A DNA stretch of 30,648 nt. It comes from a virus. Lineage: Duplodnaviria; Heunggongvirae; Uroviricota; Caudoviricetes. The notes below the pieces were generated by a model that worked only from the letters and a program-made list of their open reading frames with translations, did no database searches and was not told the DNA's origin. Position numbers and translations under genes: made by a program. The stretch lies in IMG/VR virus record IMGVR_UViG_2608642106_000003; one strand, written 5' to 3'. This document shows, one piece after another, positions 1 to 8,675 of this stretch; positions within the stretch are counted from its first letter, which is position 1; each line of letters starts with the position of its first letter.

Positions 1-1
1 A

Positions 2-568
2 TTAGCCTCTTATCTTGAATTCTGCTATAACTTTGCCGATGAATACAAGGTCATTAATGTTCATATCAACAATGATATTCCCATAGTTAATCTTAACTTT
101 ATTATCAGGAATTCTAATAACTTGTTTTATAGAATGCTTTCCATCAATGGAGATTAACCAATCACCATCAACTACATCTGTGAAATCCCTCTCAATAAAA
201 TAAGAGTTATTCCCGTTTGATATCACAGATGGTGATGATAAACCATCAGGAATGAACACTTTGTCAAACATTAGTGTTCCTGCATCCAATAGCACTCCAT
301 CAATCAATTTTATTTTTTGAATATTGATGATGTCAGAAGTTAAATATTCATGTTTAGGAGGTAAGCCTGTTACCAGCCACTTTATGTTTACTCCTGTTTC
401 GAGCGCGCACTGAATAACCCAATCAGAAGGGAATGAATCTCTCATGTAGCGTGTAGCAAGACTGCTTTTTGATATGCCTAGTTGTTCACATAACGCCTGT
501 CTTGTAGTGAACCCATAGGCTTCAACCATCCTTTCGATAGCTTTCTTTCCACCTTGACTAAAATCCAT
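2..568 (-). CDS. Phage immunity repressor (186 CI-like, N-terminal helix-turn-helix)
   Basis: ORF 2..673 on minus strand; preferred ATG at 566-568 (MDFSQGGKKAIERMVEAYGFTTRQALCEQLGISKSSL...), ~188 aa; HTH-like segment near N-terminus; transcribed divergently from the early lytic operon as in P2/186 immunity regions. Confidence 0.65.
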   Translation of the reverse strand: MDFSQGGKKAIERMVEAYGFTTRQALCEQLGISKSSLATRYMRDSFPSDWVIQCALETGVNIKWLVTGLPPKHEYLTSDIINIQKIKLIDGVLLDAGTLMFDKVFIPDGLSSPSVISNGNNSYFIERDFTDVVDGDWLISIDGKHSIKQVIRIPDNKVKINYGNIIVDMNINDLVFIGKVIAEFKIRG

Positions 569-574
569 CGATTT

Positions 575-694
575 CACCTTGTGAACTTTATGGTTGACGA
601 TTTCAATTTGTGATCTTATAGTCGCATTGATTTCAAAATGTGACTTACAACTACTCGTCAATGTTAAACACACTTAAACAGGAGATGTTGCCTT
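575..694. promoter_or_regulatory. Divergent early promoter/operator region between repressor and first lytic gene
   Basis: Three TGTGA motifs at 580-584, 609-613 and 639-643 spaced ~30 bp apart; direct repeat GATTTCAA(T/A)(T/A)(T/A)TGTGA at 599-613 and 629-643; AGGAG-type RBS at 681-686 before ATG 695. Confidence 0.4.
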
Positions 695-916
695 ATGACT
701 CAGCACATTTCAATCACATTAGCTGTCCCATCCATTTCGGTTGAAAAGTACAGTGAACTCACAGGGTTATCTGTAGACACTATCAACAGTATGCTCGCAG
801 ATGGACGCCTTAAGCGGCATCGTCTTCGCAAGGATAAAAAACGTGAAAAGGTAATGATCAACATTGCAGCCATGACAGTGGATGCGCTTGCCGATTCCAA
901 TGTCGTAATCAATTGA
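695..916 (+). CDS. Cox/Apl-like small DNA-binding regulator/excisionase (first gene of early lytic operon)
   Basis: 73-aa basic protein (..GRLKRHRLRKDKKREK..) with RBS; called from position and size, analogous to 186 apl / P2 cox. Confidence 0.45.
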   Translation: MTQHISITLAVPSISVEKYSELTGLSVDTINSMLADGRLKRHRLRKDKKREKVMINIAAMTVDALADSNVVIN

Positions 917-948
917 TTCGATTTTGAAATAAAGGGAAGGGGCTGACT

Positions 949-1458
949 ATGTTTGATTATCAAGTTTCCAAACATCCACATTTTGACGAAGCCTGTCGTG
1001 CATTCGCACTGCGCCACAACCTGGTGCGACTGGCAGAACGTGCAGGCATGAATGTACAGATTCTGCGGAACAAGCTGAACCCAGCTCAACCTCATTTATT
1101 AACCGCACCAGAAATCTGGTTGCTTACCGATCTGACTGAAGATTCAACGCTGGTAGATGGCTTTCTGGCACAGATTCACTGCCTGCCATGTGTACCGATT
1201 AATGAGGTGGCAAAAGAGAAACTGCCGCATTATGTCATGAGTGCAACCGCAGAGATCGGGCGTGTTGCTGCAGGTGCGGTATCTGGCGATGTAAAAACCA
1301 GTGCAGGTCGTCGTGATGCTATCAGCAGCATTAACTCTGTAACACGACTGATGGCGCTGGCCGCTGTTTCATTGCAGGCCCGTTTACAGGCTAATCCTGC
1401 GATGGCGAGTGCAGTTGATACCGTGACTGGCCTCGGTGCTTCATTCGGTTTGCTGTGA
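949..1458 (+). CDS. Phage regulatory protein CII-like
   Basis: 169-aa ORF with RBS AAGGGAAGGGG before ATG 949; second gene of early operon, position and size as 186 CII. Confidence 0.5.
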   Translation: MFDYQVSKHPHFDEACRAFALRHNLVRLAERAGMNVQILRNKLNPAQPHLLTAPEIWLLTDLTEDSTLVDGFLAQIHCLPCVPINEVAKEKLPHYVMSATAEIGRVAAGAVSGDVKTSAGRRDAISSINSVTRLMALAAVSLQARLQANPAMASAVDTVTGLGASFGLL

Positions 1459-1465
1459 GGTGCTT

Positions 1466-1666
1466 ATGCTGACGAAAGAACCATCATTTGCATCGCTGCT
1501 GGTAAAACAAAGTCCGGCAATGCACTACGGTCACGGCTGGATCATGGGTGAGGATGGTAAACGCTGGCATCCGTGCCGTTCACAAGATGAATTGCTGGCA
1601 GAACTATCTACGAAAAAACGGGGGAACAAATGGCTATTGAAGGCGCTGCGGCGACTGTTCCATTAA
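1466..1666 (+). CDS. Small early-region hypothetical protein
   Basis: ATG at 1466 after GAGGTG, just downstream of CII stop at 1456-1458; alternative GTG at 1436 overlaps CII. Confidence 0.4.
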   Translation: MLTKEPSFASLLVKQSPAMHYGHGWIMGEDGKRWHPCRSQDELLAELSTKKRGNKWLLKALRRLFH

Positions 1667-1971
1667 GACCCGGTGAACGCCTGAATGGACTTAATCATAT
1701 TGCGGAGTTAAGGGCGAAAGTTTTTGGTTTGAATATTGAGTCAGAGCTTGAGCGGTTTATTAAAGATATGCGTGATCCTCGGGATATCAATAATGAACAA
1801 AATAAACGGGCACTGGCTGCCATATTCTTTATGGCAAAAATTCCAGCTGAACGTCATAGCATCAGCATTAATGAGCTGACCACTGACGAAAAGCGGGAGT
1901 TGATTAAAGCAATGAATCATTTTCGTGCAGTGGTGAGCTTATTTCCCAGACGGCTAACCATGCCGAATTAA
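1630..1971 (+). CDS. Early-region hypothetical protein
   Basis: 113-aa ORF, ATG 1630 preceded by GGGGGAA; overlaps the upstream gene by 37 nt. Confidence 0.4.
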   Translation: MAIEGAAATVPLRPGERLNGLNHIAELRAKVFGLNIESELERFIKDMRDPRDINNEQNKRALAAIFFMAKIPAERHSISINELTTDEKRELIKAMNHFRAVVSLFPRRLTMPN

Positions 1972-2038
1972 CCAACTAATGAAATTAATGGCGTAAACCC
2001 GCCGGGCATCCCTTTATCTAAATTCAGGAGAATTGCTT

Positions 2039-2272
2039 ATGCGTAATATTGAAACCCTCACGACCAAAACCGGACCGGATGATGCAGGTCTTAATCTTTT
2101 ACTGACAGAGGCTCGTCTGGAAGAACGCCGGGCAAGGGCTGAAGCAATGGCTGCTCGCCTCGATAGCCTGGCGTGTCATATCACCTCCCGCCAGCTAAAC
2201 CACGTCGAAGCGGCAGAACTGCTGCGTGTGACTGCTGAAGCAATCCAGAACGAAGCGCAGGAGATCCACTGA
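2039..2272 (+). CDS. Early-region hypothetical protein (helical, charged)
   Basis: ATG 2039 preceded by AGGAG at 2026-2030; the ORF-track start at 2033 is a TTG. Confidence 0.45.
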   Translation: MRNIETLTTKTGPDDAGLNLLLTEARLEERRARAEAMAARLDSLACHITSRQLNHVEAAELLRVTAEAIQNEAQEIH

Positions 2273-2499
2273 TGGCTGATGCAATGGATCTCGTACAGCA
2301 GCGCGTTGAAGAAGAACGCCAACGCCATATCCGTGCTGCCCGTGCCAAAACGCCGGGCGTGTCCCGCGTGCTTTGCGTTGAGTGTGAAGCGCCAATTCCG
2401 CCAGCACGCCGCCGTGCCATTCCGGGTGTGCAGCTTTGCATTACCTGTCAGGAAATCGCAGAGCTGAAAGGCAAACATTACAACGGAGGTGCTGTATGA
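2272..2499 (+). CDS. TraR/DksA-type C4 zinc-finger protein
   Basis: 75 aa with CxxC...CxxC (CVEC ... CITC); start overlaps upstream stop (ATGA). Confidence 0.6.
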   Translation: MADAMDLVQQRVEEERQRHIRAARAKTPGVSRVLCVECEAPIPPARRRAIPGVQLCITCQEIAELKGKHYNGGAV

Positions 2500-3350
2500 G
2501 CACCATCCTGAAATGGGCAGGAAATAAAACCGCCATAATGTCCGAACTGAAAAAGCATCTTCCTGCTGGCCCGCGACTGGTTGAACCTTTCGCGGGTTCC
2601 TGTGCAGTGATGATGGAGACGGATTACCCCAGCTATCTTGTTGCGGATATTAATCCTGATTTAATCAACCTCTATAAAAAGGTTGCTGCTGATTGTGAGG
2701 CGTTTATATCTCGTGCCAGAGCTTTATTTGAGGAAGCAAACAGGGAGGTGGCTTATTACAACATAAGGCAGGAGTTTAATTACTCCACTGAAATTACTGA
2801 TTTCATGAAAGCGGTATATTTCCTGTATCTCAATCGTCACGGTTACCGTGGTTTATGTCGCTATAACAAGAGCGGGCATTTCAACATTCCCTACGGTAAT
2901 TATAAAAATCCGTATTTCCCTGAAAAAGAAATTCGCGCATTTGCAGAGAAAGCCCAGCGGGCAACGTTTATCTGCGCCAGCTTTGATGAAACGCTGGCGA
3001 TGTTGAAGGTGGGGGATGTGGTGTATTGCGATCCGCCTTATGACGGTACGTTTTCCGGCTATCACACTGATGGTTTCACTGAAGATGATCAGTATCACCT
3101 GGCATCCATTCTTGAACATCGGTCATCAGAAGGACATCCGGTCATTGTTTCTAACAGTAACACGTCTTTGACCCGGTCCCTTTATCGTAATTTCACTCAC
3201 CACTACATCAGGGCGAAACGCAGCATCGGCGTTGCAGCGGGGGAGGGAAAATTTGCAACAGAGATGATTGCCACTAAATCTGCTAATTGGTTTAGTGCCG
3301 ATTTTAGTAGGGGACGTGACTCTACTGTTATTTTCGGGGTGCAAGTGTGA
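2496..3350 (+). CDS. dam: DNA adenine methyltransferase (Dam family, GATC-specific by family)
   Basis: N-terminus [12 protein letters not shown] and catalytic DPPY motif ([10 protein letters not shown]); GGAGG RBS 2485-2489; start overlaps zinc-finger gene stop. Confidence 0.85.
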   Translation: MSTILKWAGNKTAIMSELKKHLPAGPRLVEPFAGSCAVMMETDYPSYLVADINPDLINLYKKVAADCEAFISRARALFEEANREVAYYNIRQEFNYSTEITDFMKAVYFLYLNRHGYRGLCRYNKSGHFNIPYGNYKNPYFPEKEIRAFAEKAQRATFICASFDETLAMLKVGDVVYCDPPYDGTFSGYHTDGFTEDDQYHLASILEHRSSEGHPVIVSNSNTSLTRSLYRNFTHHYIRAKRSIGVAAGEGKFATEMIATKSANWFSADFSRGRDSTVIFGVQV

Positions 3351-4177
3351 AAGAAATGCACCACGGAATTCATCATTTCCATGGGACGCCTGTCTGGGGA
3401 AGTGCTGGCGACGTTCATCGTATTGCGGTGAGCGGAGCTGGCGCTTTCGTCTCCTATGTACGACCAGATCAGATTGCGGCGTCCATTCAGCACGCTCAGG
3501 TCGTCGGCATTGATAACGGCGCATTTTCTGCATGGGTGCGTGGGCTAAAAATTAACTGGAGTGATTTTTATAAATGGCTCCTGAACTATTACCACCATCC
3601 TAAGGTCGCTTTTTTTGTCATTCCTGATGTTGTGGACGGAGGTGAACGTGACAATGATGCCCTGATAAACGAAGTTCCGAAAATGTTCTACGGGAAGGCA
3701 ACTCCCGTCTGGCATCTGCACGAGTCAATCGATCGGCTTATCGAGCTATGTCGTGAATGGCCTCGTGTCTGCTTTGGATCGTCTGGTGAATATGCGGCTA
3801 TCAGAACTGCGCACTGGCATCGTCGTATGCAGGACGCTTTTGAAGCAATTTATTGCCGACACAATTTCAAAACAGCTGTTCATGGTTTGCGCATGCTTGA
3901 CGGTCGTGTGTTGGGAAATTACCCACTGGCGACTGCCGACAGTACAAATCTTGCCTGCAATGTCCCCAAATTTAATAGCAAATATCCTGAGCTGACGCGG
4001 GCTATTCAGGAGGCTGAGTATTCGCGCAATCTGACGGAAAAGGAGCTGAAAGCTGTCATTCTGAAAAACCGTTGCGCAATTTTAAAAGGTGCAATTGAAG
4101 CTGTTCGCCCACCTTCAGTTTCTGATTGGCTGTCGAATGGTTTGCAGCCTTCACAGCTCGAACTGGAGATTGCGTAA
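3347..4177 (+). CDS. Hypothetical protein translationally coupled to dam; possible nucleic-acid-modification enzyme
   Basis: GTG 3347 overlaps dam stop (GTGA); alternative ATG at 3356. 276 aa, His-rich N-terminus; stop overlaps gene A start (TAATG). Confidence 0.5.
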   Translation: MKEMHHGIHHFHGTPVWGSAGDVHRIAVSGAGAFVSYVRPDQIAASIQHAQVVGIDNGAFSAWVRGLKINWSDFYKWLLNYYHHPKVAFFVIPDVVDGGERDNDALINEVPKMFYGKATPVWHLHESIDRLIELCREWPRVCFGSSGEYAAIRTAHWHRRMQDAFEAIYCRHNFKTAVHGLRMLDGRVLGNYPLATADSTNLACNVPKFNSKYPELTRAIQEAEYSRNLTEKELKAVILKNRCAILKGAIEAVRPPSVSDWLSNGLQPSQLELEIA

Positions 4178-6549
4178 TGAACTACAGCTATTCCTGGAAT
4201 GCTGAGAAAAAAGCAATCAATCCTTACGTAGAGACGGAAGAGCAATCTTCAGTTTCTGCGCTTTCAAACCTGATCGCTCTGTACGCTGCCGATAACGAGC
4301 AGGAACAGCTGCGCCGCGAGGCACTGAGTGATCAGGTCTGGGAGCGTTATTTCTTTAATGAATCCCGTGATCCTGTCCAGCGCGAAATGGAGCAGGATAA
4401 GCTCATTAGTCGGGCAAAGCTGGCGCATGAGCAGCAGCGTTTTAATCCAGATATGGTCATTCTGGCGGACGTTAATGCCCAGCCTTCCCATATCAGCAAG
4501 CCACTGATGCAACGTATTGAATACTTCAGCAGCCTGGGCAGGCCAAAGGCTTATTCCCGCTATTTGCGTGAGACGATTAAGCCATGTCTGGAACGGCTGG
4601 AGCATGTACGCGACTGTCAGCTATCCACTTCTTTTCGCTTTATGGCAAGCCATGAAGGGCTGGACGGCCTGCTGATCCTGCCTGAAATGAGTCAGGATCA
4701 GGTGAAACGCCTGTCCACCCTGGTAGCTGCGCATATGAGCATGTGCCTTGATGCAGCTTGTGGCGATTTGTATGTCACCGATGACGTTAAGCCAGAAGAA
4801 ATCCGCAAGACATGGGAAAAGGTGGCAGCGGAAACCCTGCGTCTGGATGTCATCCCGCCTGCGTTTGAGCAACTCCGCCGGAAAAGAAACCGCCGTAAAC
4901 CCGTGCCCTATGAACTCATTCCGGGTTCGCTGGCGCGTATGTTGTGCGCTGACTGGTGGTACCGGAAATTATGGAAGATGCGTTGCGAATGGCGGGAAGA
5001 GCAGTTGCGTGCTGTCTGCCTGGTCAGCAAAAAAGCATCTCCCTATGTCAGCTATGAAGCCGTGATGCATAAACGTGAGCAGCGCCGTAAGTCGCTGGAG
5101 TTTTTTCGTTCTCATGAACTGGTGAACGAAGACGGCGACACGCTGGACATGGAGGATGTGGTAAACGCCAGCAGCAGCAACCCTGCGCATCGCCGCAATG
5201 AGATGATGGCCTGTGTTAAAGGCCTGGAGCTTATCGCGGAAATGCGCGGTGACTGCGCCGTTTTCTACACCATCACCTGTCCGTCACGTTTCCATTCCAC
5301 GCTAAATAATGGCAGGCCCAACCCAACTTGGACAAATGCGACGGTAAGACAAAGCAGTGATTATCTGGTCGGCATGTTTGCTGCATTTCGTAAGGCGATG
5401 CACAAAGCCGGATTGCGGTGGTATGGCGTGCGGGTGGCTGAGCCGCATCATGACGGTACAGTTCACTGGCACCTGTTGTGTTTTATGCGCAAAAAAGACC
5501 GCCGCGCCATCACTGCATTACTGCGTAAGTTTGCCATCCGTGAAGACCGCGAGGAACTGGGCAATAACACTGGGCCGCGCTTTAAGTCTGAGTTGATTAA
5601 CCCGCGCAAAGGTACGCCAACAAGCTACATCGCGAAATACATCAGTAAGAACATTGACGGGCGTGGTCTGGCTGGCGAGATCAGCAAGGAAACGGGGAAA
5701 TCCCTGCGTGATAATGCTGAATACGTTAATGCCTGGGCGTCTCTGCATCGTGTTCAGCAATTCCGCTTCTTTGGCATTCCGGGGCGTCAGGCTTACCGTG
5801 AACTGCGATTGCTGGCTGGTCAGGCGGCAAGGCAACAGGGGGACAAAAAAGCAGGTGCGCCGGTACTGGATAACCCGCGCCTTGATGCCATCCTGGCTGC
5901 TGCTGATGCTGGTTGTTTTGCCACCTACATCATGAAGCAGGGCGGCGTACTGGTTCCCCGCAAATATCACCTCATCAGAACCGCTTATGAAATCAACGAA
6001 GAGCCGACCGCCTATGGCGATCACGGCATTCGTATTTATGGCATCTGGTCACCTATTGCAGAGGGCAAGATCTGCACTCATGCCGTGAAGTGGAAAATGG
6101 TTCGTAAGGCCGTTGATGTTCAGGAGGCGGCAGCCGACCAGGGCGCTTGCGCCCCTTGGACTCGTGGCAATAACTGTCCCCTTGCTGAAAATTTGAACCA
6201 ACAGGAGAAAGATAAATCAGCTGATGGGGGCACCAGAACGGACATTACCCGCATGGATGACAAGCAGTTGCACGATTACCTGCACAGTATGAGCAAAAAA
6301 GAGCGCCGGGAACTGGCAGCAAGGTTACGCCTGGTTAAACCGAAACGGCGTAAAGACTACAAACAGCGAATTACAGACCATCAGCGACTGCAGCTCGTCT
6401 ATGAGCTGAAGTCCAGAGGATTTGATGGTAGCGAGAAAGAGGTCGATTTACTCCTTCGCGGCGGCAGTATTCCGTCAGGAGCAGGCCTGCGTATCTTCTA
6501 TCGGAACCAGCGTTTGCAGGAAGATGATAAGTGGCGAAACCTGTATTAA
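4177..6549 (+). CDS. A: Rolling-circle replication initiation endonuclease (P2 gpA family)
   Basis: 790 aa from ATG 4177; HUH-like motif ([10 protein letters not shown]) and tyrosine motif (YIAKYISKN); position as P2 gene A. Confidence 0.85.
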   Translation: MNYSYSWNAEKKAINPYVETEEQSSVSALSNLIALYAADNEQEQLRREALSDQVWERYFFNESRDPVQREMEQDKLISRAKLAHEQQRFNPDMVILADVNAQPSHISKPLMQRIEYFSSLGRPKAYSRYLRETIKPCLERLEHVRDCQLSTSFRFMASHEGLDGLLILPEMSQDQVKRLSTLVAAHMSMCLDAACGDLYVTDDVKPEEIRKTWEKVAAETLRLDVIPPAFEQLRRKRNRRKPVPYELIPGSLARMLCADWWYRKLWKMRCEWREEQLRAVCLVSKKASPYVSYEAVMHKREQRRKSLEFFRSHELVNEDGDTLDMEDVVNASSSNPAHRRNEMMACVKGLELIAEMRGDCAVFYTITCPSRFHSTLNNGRPNPTWTNATVRQSSDYLVGMFAAFRKAMHKAGLRWYGVRVAEPHHDGTVHWHLLCFMRKKDRRAITALLRKFAIREDREELGNNTGPRFKSELINPRKGTPTSYIAKYISKNIDGRGLAGEISKETGKSLRDNAEYVNAWASLHRVQQFRFFGIPGRQAYRELRLLAGQAARQQGDKKAGAPVLDNPRLDAILAAADAGCFATYIMKQGGVLVPRKYHLIRTAYEINEEPTAYGDHGIRIYGIWSPIAEGKICTHAVKWKMVRKAVDVQEAAADQGACAPWTRGNNCPLAENLNQQEKDKSADGGTRTDITRMDDKQLHDYLHSMSKKERRELAARLRLVKPKRRKDYKQRITDHQRLQLVYELKSRGFDGSEKEVDLLLRGGSIPSGAGLRIFYRNQRLQEDDKWRNLY

Positions 6550-6643
6550 TTACGCGGGTTAACAATTCGTGCTCTTAATAATACCAGGCATATCAGGCTG
6601 ATGAACGTAAAAAAACGTTTTACATCAGTAAGATTATTATATA

Positions 6644-6659
6644 CTGTAAATATAAACAG
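6644..6659. promoter_or_regulatory. LexA (SOS) box overlapping a promoter
   Basis: CTGTAAATATAAACAG matches CTGT-N8-ACAG with AT-rich spacer; TTTACA at 6619-6624 upstream; precedes ORFs 6702 and 6902. Confidence 0.6.
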
Positions 6660-6701
6660 TGGTTATATTTACAGTATTGCTTTGGTGTCATAGGAGGAAA
6701 G

Positions 6702-6890
6702 ATGCAGGACTATTTTTTGGAGTCTTTGAAGCTCCAGCGCATTGATTTTTTTCTTAAGCTTGTAGCGGCTAGTGAGTGTAGTGATGAAGAGAAGGGGCTG
6801 GCTTTGCAGTGGGTTTCTGAACTAACAGATGAACTCATGGCAAAAATCAGAACCCACGAATACAACCGCTCAATGGATGTCATCAGTTGA
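6702..6890 (+). CDS. Small SOS-controlled protein, candidate Tum-like antirepressor
   Basis: 62-aa ORF with AGGAGG RBS directly downstream of the LexA box; position matches the LexA-controlled tum locus of 186-type phages. Confidence 0.4.
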   Translation: MQDYFLESLKLQRIDFFLKLVAASECSDEEKGLALQWVSELTDELMAKIRTHEYNRSMDVIS

Positions 6891-6901
6891 GGTGACTTTT
6901 T

Positions 6902-7135
6902 ATGCGCATTGAAATAATGATCGATAAAGAGCAGAAGATTAGCCAGTCTACCCTGGACGCCCTTGAATCCGAGCTTTACCGCAATCTGCGTCCTCTGTAT
7001 CCCAAAACGGTAATTCGTATCCGCAAAGGTAGCTCTAACGGTGTGGAACTGACCGGATTGCAACTGGACGAAGAAAGAAAACAAGTGATGAAAATTATGC
7101 AGAAGGTGTGGGAAGACGACAGCTGGCTGCATTAA
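6902..7135 (+). CDS. dinI: DinI-family damage-inducible protein
   Basis: 77 aa starting MRIEIMIDKEQKISQSTLDALESELYRNL..., closely resembling DinI (MRIEV...); GAGGTG RBS. Confidence 0.75.
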   Translation: MRIEIMIDKEQKISQSTLDALESELYRNLRPLYPKTVIRIRKGSSNGVELTGLQLDEERKQVMKIMQKVWEDDSWLH

Positions 7136-7405
7136 GAAACGTTGCTGGCGTCTGAACTTGCTTCTGGCGTCAGCAAGGTTGAACAACGAGCTATGCGAGG
7201 CGTTAGTGTCAATTTGTTACCTTAACCACTATATATGCCAGGAAATTAACAGTTCTTAAGAAACAGCTTGCATGATCGAGCGCATTGAACTTAAGTTTAA
7301 GTAACGCAATCAACAGATGATATTGTTGTCTAAATTTTAAAGATAATCTGTTGAGGTTGTAGGCGTCGGAGTGTAGACTTCCGCGCCATGTGAAAAGGGG
7401 GAGTT

Positions 7406-7621
7406 ATGTCAAGCATCGCCGCATTTAGCCTGGGTAACCCAGTTGAACGTCTGGCAAGGGTTCTTAAAGAGAACCAGGACAAACTCAATCTTAGTAAAGA
7501 TGGTTTTGTGTCCGTAGACTTGTCTAACAAAAGAGCAATGGATGCCATCAAGGCACAGATGGATAAGCTTGAAGGCATCAAAACGAGCACTGTAAAAGAG
7601 AAAACTAATAGAACCAGATAA
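7406..7621 (+). CDS. Small hydrophilic hypothetical protein (cargo, first gene of 2-gene operon)
   Basis: 71 aa, strong RBS AAGGGGGAG before ATG 7406; stop overlaps downstream start (TAATG); AT-rich. Confidence 0.45.
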   Translation: MSSIAAFSLGNPVERLARVLKENQDKLNLSKDGFVSVDLSNKRAMDAIKAQMDKLEGIKTSTVKEKTNRTR

Positions 7622-8463
7622 TGGCAACATTACTTTTAGCAGTGATTTTGGTTAGTGGTTTTATTTATGTAAACCTATCACTTTCAACAAGATACCGATA
7701 TAAGCGTTCCAACGGCTGGGACGCTTATTTTTTTGTGGCTGCCTGGGGTATCGTTTTTTTTCTCCTTGGCGGTTTTTTCACCTTTATTTTGAACGTCAGC
7801 GGAGGGTTTCGTTGGCTGGCTAATGCCTTGAATCTAACACCTGACAGTTTTAATGGCATGTTGTCTTCATCGAAAGACAAACTTCAAAGAATAAATGAAA
7901 TCAAACAGATAGCATGGGTTATGATTTCAATTGTCCTCGCTGCGATTTCAGGTTTTGGAAATAAGTTACGCACATCACGTGGAGATCGTCGCTGGGATGC
8001 CTTAGCTAAAGCTGTGGGTAATAACGCTTTCGAATCATTACTCATGGAAGCGTCCGCAAGACAGTTTCCGATCATAGCAACTCTGTCGTCTCGCAAAATC
8101 TATGTTGGTCTTGTTACTTGTCCGGCGTTAGAAAACGGGCTTTCAGAGCACCTTGAACTTCTCCCGATGTTAAGCGGATATCGGGATAAAGATGATCTAA
8201 CGATTAGTATCACGACTAACTATCACCAACATTATCTTGATAGTGGTGTGATAAGTGGAATGTCTCGGCTTAATATCGAAGATTTCCGTGTGCTCATACC
8301 AAAAGATGAGGTTGAAACAATTTCGTTTTTTGATACTGAGACATATAACAAATTTAAAGAAAATGAAGCCAGGGATAGAAAGAACTGTCGAAAGATTGAT
8401 AGTAAAAGTGCATCTTCGCGCAGCAAGCGTGCAGCAGATGCTGAGTCAAATGATCGTGCATGA
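7621..8463 (+). CDS. Integral membrane protein with soluble C-terminal domain (cargo)
   Basis: 280 aa; three hydrophobic helices (approx. residues 3-20, 36-58, 96-113) then ~165-aa hydrophilic region; translationally coupled to 7406..7621. Confidence 0.55.
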   Translation: MATLLLAVILVSGFIYVNLSLSTRYRYKRSNGWDAYFFVAAWGIVFFLLGGFFTFILNVSGGFRWLANALNLTPDSFNGMLSSSKDKLQRINEIKQIAWVMISIVLAAISGFGNKLRTSRGDRRWDALAKAVGNNAFESLLMEASARQFPIIATLSSRKIYVGLVTCPALENGLSEHLELLPMLSGYRDKDDLTISITTNYHQHYLDSGVISGMSRLNIEDFRVLIPKDEVETISFFDTETYNKFKENEARDRKNCRKIDSKSASSRSKRAADAESNDRA

Positions 8464-8511
8464 CTATGCTGCATGAGATCGCATGATCGTTTGAGGATCG
8501 TTTTTGCTAGG

Positions 8512-8538
8512 GCCCGCCAGAACTGGCGGGCTTTCGCG
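8512..8538 (+). terminator. Putative intrinsic terminator after membrane-protein gene
   Basis: GCCCGCCAG/CTGGCGGGC inverted repeat (8512-8531) followed by CTTTCGCG; U-tract weak. Confidence 0.35.
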
Positions 8539-8580
8539 TAGATCATGCACCTGCATGAAAACTACTACATAAAGCGGGCA

Positions 8581-8600
8581 GGCGTGGCGGGGATACGAGC
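8581..8600. other. cos-like cohesive-end site
   Basis: GGCGTGGCGGGGATACGAGC followed by GCGCGCTCACTGAC...TTTTCAG resembles the P2 left-end cohesive sequence as recalled from memory. Confidence 0.4.
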
Positions 8601-8675
8601 GCGCGCTCACTGACAGTTTTCAGAAAAGTATATATAATCGCCTGAAAGATCTATACGTGCAGTGGAAATCATCAA

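Noticed and set aside
569-673. Longer N-terminal extension of the repressor ORF (start at 671-673)
   Set aside because: The extension runs into the operator/promoter region; the internal ATG at 566-568 gives a protein beginning directly before the HTH, so the shorter start is preferred.
4126-4176. Upstream start for gene A at 4126
   Set aside because: It overlaps the preceding gene by 50 nt; ATG 4177 overlaps that gene's stop (TAATG) and gives the expected N-terminus.
7140-7176. Possible terminator hairpin after dinI (TTGCTGGCGTC...TGGCGTCAGCAA)
   Set aside because: Only a 6-bp stem with a long loop plus a direct repeat of CTGGCGTC; no U-tract; too weak to call.
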